DNA of 64,000 nt, from assembly GCA_030141605.1 (NCBI GenBank), contig JAQGDQ010000002.1:2604001-2668000 (forward strand). Direction: 5' to 3'. The notes under the pieces are model-generated. The model searched no databases and had not been told where the DNA came from. It was given only the letters and a program-made list of their open reading frames with translations. The stretch comes from Tubiluchus corallicola. Lineage: Eukaryota; Animalia; Priapulida. Positions 24,741-38,175 of the stretch are shown here, in pieces; the first letter of the stretch is position 1, and the number at the start of each line of letters is the position of its first letter. The translations under genes were made by a program, and so were the position numbers.

Positions 24741-26132
24741 TATTTTTTCAACATTTCGTAATTCTCTTCTTTGATGATTGTGTGTCGTACACTAGATTTG
24801 TCACCATTTGCACCTAGATTGTTACTGTACTTGTGTTATTGCGTCGTTTAAATCATTTGAAGTCTATGTGAAGGATCTAGTTGAAAGTAAGTGTAAGTCG
24901 ACACGTTCTAACATATTTTAAGAACAATTCTATTTTTGCACATTGTTCAACAGTAAACCTGTATTTTGTTCAAATTTAACAGTAGTGCTTTCTAGTCAAT
25001 TTTTCAAAATTCAATTACTGGATTGTTGCATTTACCACTTTATATTCATTGTGCCAGGGGGAGAGAGAACTCCTTCTGCTGGTCAGAGCATGGGAAATCA
25101 CACCTCCCCCTCCTCGAGAAGAAAATAAAAATTGAAAATGAGGAGTTAGGGTTGGGGTGTCCGGCTCGCAGCCTTTGCCTGGCACTCAAAATCTTGTTCT
25201 AGTAATTCAATCATGTAAGTCGTGCAGTGTGAATTTTTAAAGTGTGCTTACAAAAAAGTTAACGTGCACAAACTACGTGTAAAAACGCAATTTACAATTT
25301 TTTGAAATGTAATTTGTCTAAAGTTTTGTAATTTGCATTTCTGCTTAATACGTGTATACACTAATACACAAATAATGTTTCAGTTATTTTGTATGTTACG
25401 TGCGAGTTAATTACTAGTATCTATTGAAATCATTCCGATTCTTTACTTGCAATAAAATTCTGTTTAGCAGAAGATTTGAAGCAAATGCAGGCCCTTTAGC
25501 ATGAAGTGTGCGGTACGTGTAAAAGTGCTTGCGTTCTTTTTACCCGAACTTTGTAACATGATTGCTGCAAAATTGCTTAATTTCATGTCCATTTCAGTAG
25601 GTAACGTGGAGTATTTTTATTTGTATTGAATTAAATGTTTGCTCATAAAATTCGCGATAAATTGCAAACGTGAAAAGAATTGTATTACAAAAGTTTATAA
25701 CTTACAAAAAATAAAAGAATAGTAAAGTAAAAAATCGATAAAATTCAATAAAAAAGGTCAATTGTTTTTATGGTGTTCTGTGTTTGATTATATGACAGTT
25801 GTGTGAGAAAGTTGGGTGCACGTACTGCAGTGTGGTGAGCGGCAGCAGCTGAAATTGAGCAACGTTGAATCTGGTCATTAGATGAAGTGACGTCGCTTGC
25901 TGTTTCGTTATTTAATCCTGTTGAGGGAGGATGTGTTCTTGCATGTGAAACATGGTAAGACGCTGTTATTGGAGACTTGTCGAGGAACATTACAATTAAT
26001 TTGCGCAACTGCAGTTTCTGGTTAGAAACGTATGTGCGCACTTCACCAAATATGTTGCAAGCAAAGAGTTGTGTGAATTATCAAGCAGATAATCAAATGG
26101 TGTGTGCGTTCAGAACTGCATAGCCTGTGTAC

Positions 26133-26270
26133 TGTATAAACTTAGGAAGAGGCCAGATCACGGCCAATGCACAAGAAGCCATATGATCAAACCACAGCAT
26201 ATGTATAAACTTCAGAAAGAGGTCAGATCACGGCCAATCCACAAGAAGCCATGTGATCAAGCCAGCGTAA
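26133..26270. repeat. 69-bp tandem duplication
   Basis: tgtataaactt...cagatcacggccaat.cacaagaagccat.tgatcaa at 26133 and 26202. Confidence 0.85.
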
Positions 26271-28929
26271 ACCAAAATTTGGAGAAACTACGTAGGTAAT
26301 CAACATGCGACAGACTTTGTGCAACAGAAAAAGATTTTGAATGAGAAAAATCATCGCTTGTCAAAGTGAAACAAATACATTAACTTAGAATTGGACTCAA
26401 AACCTGTGCGTCGTGCCAACTTTTAATCTTTTCAAACTAAAAAATTGCAAGTTTCTAATTTGCATGACGTGAGTTAAATTGGAGTTTGGCATACTGATCT
26501 TTGGTTGATGTAAAGCTAATTACAGCAGTTACGTATCTACGAAAAGAAATTGCAAAGTCACCTAGCTTATAGATTTTAGATTTAATATTTTATTTCAAAC
26601 TTCACAAAGTTCATATACACATCACATTAATACCATAAATCTTGAAACAACAATAACACAAATAACAATTAACGATATAGCAAACTACGCCTACGACATC
26701 TAATTACAGAAGTAAAGTTTGCATCACTGTTTAAAATGTTCTTGCATATAAACTTTTCACTGTTATTTAGCCTGACGTATACTGTATGCACATTTTCTGT
26801 GAATAACATCAAAATAAATAATATTAAGTCTAGTAGAAATATATCTTGCGCTCGTTTCATACATGTATTGGTCACGTCCTCAATTTTTTCAACTCTGTAT
26901 GTAACGTTTTAGGCGACAGATACCACGTGGGTAACTTTGCAGTGTTGCCACAGCCTTCGCAGAAATTGCGTGATAGGTAGTGGTAACATGAAATGGGTAC
27001 ATTGTAGCTAACCGTTGAGGAGGACTATAGATTTAACGTCACATGTGCCATAAATGTAAGTTTCACCAGGCTGAACGCTTTCAGTAAAACAAAAATATTT
27101 TTCAAACATTTTAACTGTTAAGTCCGTGTTAGAATGAAGCCAGAATTAATAATCCTAGCGGTTTATATTAAACGTAACGAGTATAATTTAATGCGTTTAT
27201 TAGCTGCTCGATTGTTTCAAGCTTTTAACGTCTTAACAGATTAATTTAGCATTAGTGAGTGTTATATGGTATAACCGTTTGGTCACATTTAAAATTCACA
27301 GTAGAATTAACTTTGGTTAAGACCACCTAGTCAGATTACTTACTTTTCAATTAAAAAATAATTAATTTTGCTCGTAATCGCTATCAAATTGAAATAGTTG
27401 TAGTACGACAACATTTCAAATGGTAGAGATCTGAGCTAGCTTGTTACTAAACTGTTTACGTTGCTGTAGTTTAGTTTAAACATACTGTAATTTATAATAG
27501 GACTGGATCAGACAGTTTCAAAACATGATTTAAGATCCTCTTCACAAACTATATGCACTATTTAGCTGATAAGTTTACCTTAAAATTGCATTAGGTATAA
27601 GTAATAAATCGACAGTTGAAAATTTTAATCTAAACAAAATAATGGAATTAGGACCTGCCCTGTTTTGTTTTCCGCACATCTCGGGAATCCCAGGGATGAA
27701 TAAAATAAGTTACAAAAAATAGAAAATCTAGAAACAGCGGACTGTGGCTTAAGAAAACACAGCTTGGAGTAGCATTGACAGAGTGGAAAAGAGCATTGGC
27801 GACAATGGAAAAACGTATTGTTTCAACAAAATAAAACTGAACTAGTAGTCTGTGTTTTTGAATGTATGGATAGTTGGGTGGGACGGGTAGATATGCATTA
27901 ATACTTTTCAAAAAGCGGGCGTAACCAAGCCATGGTTATTCCGGACCTTGAAGTAAAAATTTCATGATATTCTCTGATAATGGTTCGTCGTGAAATGTGA
28001 CTATGTCGCCATTTAATGTCTTTTAGGGAACCTCGATAAGTTCTTGAAAATTTTTGAAAAATCGCTACTAAATTTAATTTACCACATACAGTGAGTCGAA
28101 TTCAACGTAGTGATACATTGACAGTAAAATTATTTTTGTCTTTATTTGTTACAACGACATTGGTCTTGCTTTGTAAAACTCAACACAAGTAACAAACTTA
28201 CTTCGTACGTAACGTACTTCGTGGTCACCCTCTTGTACGCGCACGCTGGTTGAACTAATTCAAACTTTGGCATCTTACAAAAATGTCACAAAATCAGCTA
28301 TTTGGTTTTAGTAAAACCTTGTTATATTTTGATAAAAATTCATAAAAGTCATAAGTAGAAGAATGGCTGTTCAAAGTGGGAGCATCTAACCGTAAAATGA
28401 TCGCGTCTTCAACGTGATGTTACTAATTACACGAGCTGCTTATTACACTTTTATTACTAAATCCTAACATTTTTCGCGAACATTGAACTAAGCCTAATTT
28501 CACATAAGGCATAGCCTTTGCAAATTATATACATATGCCGTGACACGCGTGCCTGAAATATAGCCATAGGTCCATTATATAAACACACATTTAAAGAAAC
28601 TTATAATTATATGTAAAACACTCACTCAGGCAATTATAGAGATGCTATTCGCAGGTAAATTGTGGAAATTTTATTCTGTAACAAAAAGTCGATACGAAAT
28701 TCAGCAAAGCCCAAAAACTGTAATAATTAGTAACAAGTTTTTCACACTTCCACGCCCAAATTTTTCAGACGCTTTCTTTCGTCCTTTTACGTGATCACAA
28801 ATACTCCTACAAACAATAATTCTAAAATAGTTCTCGTAAAAAGTTCAAAGAACAAGAAAAGGGGTACTTGAAGTAGGTTTCAGAAAAATCCCCTTAGGAA
28901 TTGTATTACTTTACGTCATTTTATGCTTG

Positions 28930-29535
28930 TATCGTACTCGCGTTAAAGGAATTTTTGTTTGTTTTCATTTTAAATCTCCCACGGTACGTTTCGAAGTCGC
29001 CATAACATAACGTCACTAAGCAAACGTAAATCAGGGGAAGAAAAGGCAATGTTAAATTATGTCCCAAAAAACTTTCCATGCAAATCTATATTACTTAGCA
29101 TTTCGCTTACCTACTGGAAAGACTTATGTAACTAGAAATAACAATTTAAAATGTTCGTGTCAATTGGTAAAATGTCGCTAACTCACCCTACACGGTATGC
29201 CACTCACGAACTAAAAACGTATTTTCAATCTTATTGATAATATACTTAAAAATAAGATCAGTAACTTAAAAATTTTGCTTCGTTAGTAACACGTGTCGTG
29301 TGCTACGCATGCTTTGATTATTCTTTTTCAAACTTTACGCAATGTTATCTAAACTTGTTTGAAACGAAGAACCACTAAAATGGCTGCGCCTAACGGTCAT
29401 CGCGGAAGTTTAAGCCTACAAGTTTTATACTGTTATACAGCGTTACTACCGACGCAAGCCGTGCATGCAAAAAGGCAGTATGTAAGCGGTATAAAATTTC
29501 AAGACGAATTTTTTAAGCTTTATGTAAGTGGAGGG
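28930..29535. repeat. Dispersed ~600-bp repeat, second copy at ~52502-53020
   Basis: Shared tatcgtactcgcgtt...caaaaaactttccatgcaaa...gacttatgtaactagaaa...gcaaaaaggcagta...ttatgtaagtg. Confidence 0.85.
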
Positions 29536-29933
29536 TTTTCTTGTGCTTTAAGCCCTTAGTCTACAACATAAAAGCAGTGCATTTCGGGAAATGATTAATT
29601 TTGCACTTAAATTTTTTATTAAAGTAAATCAAAATTCCATTTTTGCTTTCTGGTACTTTAAAACCTAAGACGTGATGCTGGTTTATAAATAAATCAAAGG
29701 CAGCGTGTTGCAAAAGATCTACCAAATTAGCGGATTTAGTCAATCTACGTTCTGTGCTTAGCAAGGCAACACAGGTCCAGCGTCACAAAAGCATGGCGGT
29801 GCACATGTAATGCATATTAAGCCCTTCGTTCGTTCTGTTTTGACTCTTGTTTTACTAGACAGTTATGTTGTAGCTTCGTGAAATAAGTTTTCTTGATATG
29901 TAGCAAAATAATTGCCGCGAATTTTTGCTTACA

Positions 29934-30035
29934 ATGACGGAAGTCAACCGTCAGTTTGTGTGTACCAACCGAGCAGAGCTGGAGAACAAATTTGTTGAAA
30001 TGGGAATCGAGTATGAATCTGTAGAACATCCCGAG
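29934..30035 (+). CDS. PRORSD1: PRORSD1 / ProX-PrdX tRNA deacylase, coding exon 1 (MTEVNRQ...SVEHPE)
   Basis: acaATGa start, gag|gtatta donor (phase 0); joins exon 2 to give the conserved EHPEVFTVE. Confidence 0.85.
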
Positions 30036-30501
30036 GTATTAGTTAAACCGTATTTTTACACTAAAAGAATGGGCTTGAAACTGAGAGACGGGACGTATAT
30101 AGCTTGATTATTAATGACACAAGTCTTATTATACTTTTTAAGTAGGTTGACTAATAACTAGCTAAAAAATTGATGCGGCAGAATTAACTTGATGTACAAT
30201 AACTGCAGTTTAGTTTAGACAGTTGGATCATATAAATTGATTCCGTCAGCGATGCACTTGTGCAGTTACAATAATTTGTGATTGGAAACAAACAAGAAAG
30301 AGAGGTCCCATAAACAAAAATTGTATGAATGCTGTTGCTGCATGGCTTTCTGCCCATGGAAAAAGTGCTTGGTTTGGTAAAGGCGCCATAGGTAATCTAG
30401 ATGCTAACAACAGTTTAACAGATGGTGACATGTCTGAAGAGTTAGCATTTACATTGTTAATGAGATATGTCCATTGGCATTTTAATTTTTATGTTTTTCA
30501 G

Positions 30502-30924
30502 GTTTTTACCGTTGAAGCGATGATGCCGCATGTCAAACATGTCACTGGTGCACATTGCAAAAACCTATTTTTGAAAGACAAGAAAAAACAATTGTATTTG
30601 CTCTCAGCGAAACATGATTGCGAAATTAAGTTGAATGAAGTTTCAAAGCAAGTTGGTGCAGTAGGAGGACTAAGACTAGCTGATGAGAAAACACTGTTTG
30701 ACAAACTTGGGGTTAAGCAGGGTTGTGTTACTGCATTTGCATTAATTAATGATGCCAATCTTCATGTGAATTTTTTACTAGATGATGATTTGGTAAATGG
30801 TGGACATGCGAAAGTTTTCTTCCATCCAATGGATAATTCAGCATCTACTGGTATTTCTCCAGTAGATTTCTTGCGCTTCTTGCACATGACTGGACATAAG
30901 CCGGTTTTAATAAAATTTCGTTAG
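30502..30924 (+). CDS. PRORSD1: PRORSD1 / ProX-PrdX tRNA deacylase, coding exon 2
   Basis: tttttcag acceptor; YbaK/ProX motifs KNLFLKDKKK, GCVTAFAL, FHPMDN. Confidence 0.9.
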   Translation, partial: VFTVEAMMPHVKHVTGAHCKNLFLKDKKKQLYLLSAKHDCEIKLNEVSKQVGAVGGLRLADEKTLFDKLGVKQGCVTAFALINDANLHVNFLLDDDLVNGGHAKVFFHPMDNSASTGISPVDFLRFLHMTGHKPVLIKFR

Positions 30925-31175
30925 TTGAAATTTAATTTTTAGTAGAAGATGAAAGTACTATATTTTTCATCTTTTGGCAACAGCCGTTGTTAAGTAAAAG
31001 AAAGTATTATAAGATACAATTTGTTTCCAGTGCTTATGAAGCATGCAGTTCAGATGGCAAGGGTAGCCCAATCGGCTTTGCCATTGTCGCTTTTTACTCT
31101 AATAGAACTATTTGCTTCACTAATACTCCTTGTGTCAAACAGTTTTGCAATTCAAAATTTTCTAAAAAGTATTAA

Positions 31176-32879
31176 AGGAGGAATATCTCGAAAATCGAGT
31201 TGAACTCATTTTATAACTGATTTACTCAACAGTAATTTGTCAGAGAAATTTTAGCACTGTGTTGTCTAATTAATGAGTAATTAACTCATTTGTATCCCAC
31301 AGAAAAAGACATGGAGTGCCTTTCCCGAGGAAAAACTGCAAAATAGCACTGCTGCGTCACAAGCAGTATTGCGGTAGAGCAACATATTAGTCATTACGAT
31401 GTTTTTGTTTACAATTATACTTAAATTACTGTACCTAACCTTGCCTCTGTCAGCAAGTCAGCTGATAAAATTGTCGATTCATGCCTCATTAGTAGAATTC
31501 CGTTAAGTTTGTGAGAGAAAAACGATTTTTCCGCCGTATCGTGGAAGTTCTAAGTGTATACCAGAACAATATACCAGAATAATATTAATTCAACAAACGT
31601 GTGAAGAACGCATGCAAGAATGGCCTGGATTTTGTTTTAACTTTCATGGCAGTAATTGAGAACATCATCTACAAACAAACAAGTTGCAAAAGTGCTAGCC
31701 TGGGTTGTTGTAGAAACAGAGTCCATACAGGGTAGACTACTCAATTTTATTCTGGTAGAAGAATTCTTGAATTTTTAAATGCACTGAACATCAAACAATT
31801 GTGCTAGCATGACATAGTAACGGAGTACAATTTGCCAGCTTTGACAAGAATATGTGAAGTCCATAAAGCTCGTGTAATGCAGAGATCACAACACTAGTTT
31901 TTATTTAATTTTAAATATTTATATCTATTTCAGCCACTGGAATTTAAATTTCTTGACTATAAAGCATGCAAAAGTCTAATTGTTCTCACTTTGCTTATGT
32001 AACAACTGAGAAATACATTATGCAAAGTATATTTAAAAATAAATATTTTTCCTAAACATTAATATGTGATTAAAATTATTAAAAGTATAAGAAATAATGA
32101 ATAATTAATTCATTCACTGAAGTTGCATGATTATGTTACTTAACGGCTGTTTCAGTTAGGAGAGTAGGTTTTTATTGAAATTTTGAATGAGCTGCTTTAA
32201 AAACATCATTATGTAAAATAACATTTGTCTGAACTAACAGCTCAATTAAAGCAAAACCGGACTCAATCAGAAACTGCATGTCAAAACAATCTAATCTTTA
32301 AAATATTGAAAGGAAACATACTATTTTTTTTCAAATATGACTTGCGTGAAAGAATTATTACCACACAAACACAATTTCACGTTTGCGCCACAAGTTCTTC
32401 GCTGTTACATGCACCATCTATTAGCTAGTTAGACGGGCACTAGCATCTTCATTTCGGAAACGCATTGCACAAAAAACAGGTGCTGTACCGCTCAGTTCAG
32501 ATGCGTTAGTTTGTGACAAACTACACATGTTCGACAGCTCATGCGTGAACACAGCGGTAAATTTGAAATTTGAATTTTTATCTTAAAATTTGCCTAGTTT
32601 TAGTACAACGCACTGAAACTCTTACAGTAGCACTGTACTTCAGTTTTCTCTTTCACAAACACGTGCAACACACTCGTGGAATATTTTTGCTGTTGAAAAT
32701 CATGTTAGTTTGTGATGTTATCAATAGTTGGGCTTGCCTGTCTTTAATTAGGTTTTTAAACTATTATTTAATTATCTATTATTTAAAGAAATGCTTTGGC
32801 ATTATTAATTGTGTTAAAATGTATACTTTTTATCATACTTGAAAATGGGGTGGCATGTGAAAAATCATCCTGTCTTCCT
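31176..32879. mobile_element. Non-autonomous Kolobok-like DNA transposon
   Basis: TTAA|AGGAGGA...TCTTCCT|TTAA: TTAA TSD with AGG...CCT termini and a short imperfect TIR. Confidence 0.55.
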
Positions 32880-35319
32880 TTAAATATTAATTTTTTTTGT
32901 AGTAACAAAAAATCGAGAGGTTATTAAACAATTGAGTAGTGAGTACACCCTGACATAAATTTAACATAGGTACAAGTTTATCCTTGGCAGTCTAAACTCG
33001 CTTACTGTATTTGTAAAATTTGACCAAGAAAAATGTTTTTCATTCTAAATTATTACATAGTCAAAACAATAAAAGCCGTGATGAATGAAAAATGTGTGTT
33101 ATCAACTTTTATGAAATGAGTGCAGAACGTCTCTGGCGCTACTCTTGCATTGTTTGTGAAAAGTGTACTCTTCTCATTCGATTGACTGTTAAATGTATTA
33201 ATATCAGCTTGTTTCTATTTTGAAAATTCAATGTTTTTCTATTTTACCTTGTATTAAAAATAATTTGGCCATTGTTTGTTGCTCGATCTGTTTGACTAGT
33301 GGTTATGTAACGTTAAAATATTTTAGATTGACACACTTAAGTGCTGGTACTTCAAAATGATGTATGATTAGAGCAATGAGTTACAGCGTATAAACATTCA
33401 CTGCCTCGCTGCCTATTCTTCAGCCAGGCTAGGATTGTGCTGCCATCTAGAATTCAACTTTGAAGTTGTTCAGACTTACTAATTTTTATATTTTGCCCCT
33501 TCCTGTTCCATCAGTACCTATACCGTCCTCAGATAAATAAAGTACGTGTCTGTAACCCGTCTCAAGTTAAAGGTGGCAGATATTTCACTGGCCATTCAAT
33601 ATCTTCAACTATCGTTTCCCGTCCAGGAATGCCGCTACCGATTACTTTAAGTTACCAGTGATTGGTTGCCGCTATTCTTATAAATTATAGTTTCTGAATT
33701 TTCAAGCAAAACAGAAAATAAATAAATAAGCTACTTGACCGTTATTTGTGACAGACGAGAAACTGAGTATTTTGTTGCAAAGTTAAAAACTGAAAGGTAT
33801 GTAAAAGCAACAAAAAAAGAAAATAGAAGCAGTGAGTGTACCAAAAGTGTAACAGAATTTAATGCACTAATCACTGTTTAATGCCTAGACATGAATAAAT
33901 AACTTATTTTGCAACTAACATGCGCTGTATATATTACGTATTAAATATTAAATATTAGAAAGCAATTACGTATTCATGCGCCCACAACGAGATAGATGGA
34001 TATATTGTATAATTTTCGTAGCCAAAAATTCGATACACATTTGCTTTGTCCGGCTTTGCTTTTTGAAAATTGTGACGAGTTGCAAAAGTTGAATCGGAAT
34101 GATGCGTCAGATTTACTGGCGTCCAAGAATGTGCGACTTGAGCGTTTGCAACTATGGAAATAACTTCTCATTCGGGAACATATCCAGTAAGATATATACA
34201 TACAGTATTTCAAAAACATCTGTAAACAACAACTTGCTAGACCAAGTCTGCCTTGCGGATGTGTAAAATCTGCCTACCAAAAGGGTAGTTCAGAAGTTCC
34301 TGACTAGTTTCAGTTTCAATTTTCTTAGCAGCTAATTGAGACGATATTCATCTTGTAATCAACTCATACTCAATAATGGGGATTTTCCTGAGTCTGTTAT
34401 TGTCGTTGTTGTTGTCACTGTTGTTGTTTGTAGTGCCAGTATATTTGCTGATCTGAAAATTATAAATCTCTGTTGGATTTGTAATAATGACGTCTAATTT
34501 CATTATTCTCCGGGGCACAGTATTCTCCAAATTATCAGGTTTTTATCCTTTATATAAGTTTTTATCCTGCGCACCAAAAAATTGTACGTTCATACGAGGC
34601 ATCAAATTTTCGACGAGTTTCTGAACGCAAATATGTTTAGTGGTTGTGGTTGTTTCATATTTTTAATAGCTTCGCAAAAACAACTCGGGCAATTGTTTTC
34701 CATTCCAGAGGTTGTGAGTTCTACCACCAAAAATTTGTTTATTGGTTTTCTCCCAACCATGCAGACGTATCAGTGTAAAAGTAGGGTAAGATGTCGGCTG
34801 ATCCGACGTTCTCGCCTATGCCGTTTCACAAGGCTTTCCCATCACTATTACTAATGGGTTAATAAAAAATCAGTGAATCAGACAGAGTCTGTGCCACGTT
34901 TTTTCACCTTACAGATATTGTATTAACACGTACACGTTTCCCCTATCGGTATTCATTTATTTCTTGGCCAGCTGGATAGACGAATGGCTTTGCACATTTA
35001 TACGTAGTTGCAGGATCAAAGCAGATTAGCGTGTCAGTAGATGTCTTTCCCATAGCCACCATTAAAAACAAGAAATTTTTCGTTCACCTGCATCTTTCGA
35101 GGGTAAAGATAGCCTTGCTAGCTTGCCTAAAACTGAAAAAAATTGCATAACTGAATTTGATGTGAATCCAATTCAACGGGAATAATAATTTTCACTCGTA
35201 GAAATTAGTAAAAATTTATCTATTAGATTGCAGTTGACTACAGTGAGCGGAGGAGTGGAGTATCGTACAGGGGTTTCTAATTGGCGTCGTGCATTCAAAT
35301 ATTCATCGTCGTCGTACTC

Positions 35320-35323
<4 letters not shown>

Positions 35324-35414
<91 letters not shown>

Positions 35415-35445
35415 CTCTCTCTCTCTCCCTCCTCTCTCCCCCTCA
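35324..35445. repeat. (CT)n microsatellite
   Basis: Directly visible. Confidence 0.95.
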
Positions 35446-35930
35446 GCTCTTGCCTTTTTTTCTTTTCACTTTTTTTGTCTATTCGACACCTCTTCGTTTA
35501 TGTCTTCCACTCTTCCCACCATTTCATTTGCATGCATTCAACGGATATCTCCATTCAGAAATTTCGCTGAGCAGAGCGAGTTTGTAATTAAAATAGAACA
35601 ATTGTATTTAGTTGAGGCAAAGACATGCTGCGCCGATTACGCCATATATTGCGAACGTCTAGTATTTACACTCAAAGCAATTTAACTTGTACAAAAACGC
35701 CTGTATCTTTTCTCCTTATTAGACAGTTTGAATAATAAGTGAATTGGTGCTCAAACATAATTAGAAATGAATACAGTGCAAACTGCAGATATTCCTCACA
35801 GACAGAGGCCGCCATTATTAAACTGTTTCTGCACAAATAAAAAAGCATCGTATGCATATAGAGATGTGTAAAGTGTGCTTACAAGTTTTGTTGGTCAGCG
35901 TGCCAGGTCAGGGGGTAGTTTCCTATTCGT

Positions 35931-36039
35931 TATAAAGATCCACTGACCAACCATGGCGTCAGTTACTGGTGTAGTTTGGATTTGTTACAGTCTCAAAAAA
36001 GCTGTTGTTGTTGGATAACCGCAGTGACTCATAAACACG
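35931..36039 (+). promoter_or_regulatory. TATA + Inr promoter and non-coding first exon of the G/Y/H/K-rich gene
   Basis: TATAAAG at 35931; TCAGTT at 35959-35964 (A = +30); cg|gtaaga donor after 36039. Confidence 0.7.
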
Positions 36040-36613
36040 GTAAGATTAAATTTTAAGAACCATTATAATTTAAATTTATTAACTGTACTTAGTTAATTAC
36101 TATGTAAGAAATGAAATTATGCCTATTTTCTATTCAATAAATTCCTCAGATGGACATGATTTTGCGATGTTACTTGTTAATCAGTGGCGCATTTTGTAGC
36201 TAAATCTCAATGTAGTTCAGTATTTGGCAATGTAAAACGTGTAGCTTATATCTTGGTATGTTTTTGCCATTGATTTGTTACGTAGAGTTTTAAGTGCGAG
36301 ATGCCAAATCATCGAGAAAATGCTAAATAATTGACAAAAAAGAAAATAGAATAATTCTCGGTCAGTTACTTTTCAAATTCTATAAGTTTGATCATTATTA
36401 TCGCTCACAGCTGATCACTTCCGACTATAGTGCCTGTAAATCTCTAATGTTGTAAGATTAGATGTGAGTAATGTTTCATTCTTTATAAGGGGATGGGCGC
36501 TATGTCGAACAGAGGTCAAATAAAAATTGCATTGTTAATATATTATTATAGCTAAGTACAAAACATCCGCATGATTCTTTCTGACTCTTTTTCAGGGCAA
36601 TTGACAGGAGATC

Positions 36614-36655
36614 ATGAACAAGCTTCTGTTCTGCTCAACCGTGGGAGCCGCATTG
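36614..36655 (+). CDS. G/Y/H/K-rich secreted protein, shared start/signal-peptide exon (MNKLLFCSTVGAAL)
   Basis: tttttcag acceptor at 36595, atcATGa, ttg|gtgagt donor (phase 0). Confidence 0.75.
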
Positions 36656-38004
36656 GTGAGTTTTTTTTATTTCGATACCCAGCTAGGATTCAGCACCGGC
36701 CACATTGCCTACTTACTTTGATTGTGGCGGGACGCGAATCTAGGTGTTTATCAATGGTTGGCCTCTACAATGAGGCAATGAATGCGCAATAGTGTCTTAG
36801 TTAATTGGGAATACCTACATCACCTGAACAGGGCCTAGAATCAGTTTTCAAATCTCTTATCTATTTTCTAACTAAACTCGCAATTACTTGAAGTTACAGC
36901 TAAACAGACACAGTGACTATTGGGCTATATCCCTTACCCCAATTATTTTACCTGACGAAATGCTTTACTGTCTTTTTGCAACAGTAAAAAATGAAAAATG
37001 GAATGCAGCTTTCATAAAATCTTAGGAAGAAGTATTTCTTTGTATACTTAAAAAATGTGTGTTAATCAGTTATGAGCTACTATCCAATTATATTAAATTA
37101 TATGCTTCTCTTGTTATGTTGTAATTAACATATTTGCTGCAAACATGACCTATCCACCCTGTGATTTAATTTTTAATGAAGTTCATTTACTAAAAAATAA
37201 AATGGAAGAAACTGCCAAGATTTTTGCACTACGTCCACAATTTTGCCCAACTTCGCAACCAATGTAGATACTGAACCGAGTTCAGTCTTAGTACGGCTTC
37301 GTCTCACTAGTATGGTTTGAAAAAATCATAATTTCAAATTAAAATCGCCTGAAACCTAAGTTAAATGATTTTACTTTTTACATAATAAATTTATGAATCT
37401 AATATAAACTTACTTTTAGCATAAGCTTATGAAAAAATATATCAATGTTGACTTGAAAAGAGGCAAAAAATAAAAATAATAGTTCATAAACTGACTGTGA
37501 GATATTTATATATAAAACAAATGTGGCTTTTTTGTTTGCGTGAGATATTTCCGATACGTTGATTTACTAATGATGATTAATGTAATTATCTGACCGCCCA
37601 ATAGGCGAAATTTAACATTTATAGAGAAATTATATCTTTTCGTAGTTCGGAGTCAGTTAGCCAATTAACTCGTTTTTTGTAAGTAATCAGACTCCACTAA
37701 TTCGTGTCTTTGTAACTGGTCTGACTCCACTAATCCAGAAACCGTTGATTCGTCAGACTCACTAGCCCAAACTTGGTGGCTTCATTAATTCGAATTCTAA
37801 GTTGGCCAATCTGTCAGGCCCAGAAACCGTTAATAGCTAATCCAGACGTAGCTAATTTGCATCCTGTAAATATGGAAGTCACTGATATGACTTTGATATT
37901 TTTGCCTTTTTCGTCCCACTCGACTGAATTTCATTAATCCAGACTGTGACTGTGCCGACTCAGGATTTTATAATTTAAACATTAATAACGCTTTTTCATT
38001 GCAG

Positions 38005-38175
38005 ATTGCTGTGGTGCTATGTCAAGGCTATGGACATGGCCGAGGCGGTTATGGCAGACACGGGGGTGGTTACGGTGATCATGGAGGTGGTTATGGCGGC
38101 GGTGGCGGTGGCTATGGTCATGATGTAGGTTATGGAGGTCATGGAGGCAATAGTGGTTCCTGGGGGAAATATGGC
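38005..38175 (+). CDS. G/Y/H/K-rich secreted protein, shared Gly-rich exon (IAVVLCQGYGHGRGGYG...SWGKYG)
   Basis: ttcattgcag acceptor and ggc|gtaagt donor; 171 nt, phase 0-0; completes the signal peptide, then GGYG/GGHG repeats. Confidence 0.85.

Noticed and set aside
25051-25185. Short GTGCCAGG...CCTGGCAC inverted repeat, possible MITE
   Set aside because: Only an 8-bp TIR and no TSD found.
25745-26400. Possible decayed transposon coding fragment (also ~8000-8800 and ~53860-54090)
   Set aside because: No recognisable transposase or RT motif in any frame I read.
30325-30501. N-terminal 59 aa of the 199-aa ORF
   Set aside because: Intronic; the conserved HPE|VFT junction requires splicing from 30035 to 30502.
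34660-34870. Possible tRNA-derived SINE (also ~45790-45960)
   Set aside because: Only a weak B-box-like match; no clear A-box, tail or TSD.
35228-35587. SL-repeat ORFs (and the RE-repeat ORF at 9271-9459)
   Set aside because: Microsatellite translations.
35953-36018. ATG in a strong Kozak context opening a 21-codon uORF
   Set aside because: The ATG lies upstream of the predicted TSS at 35961, so it is probably not transcribed.
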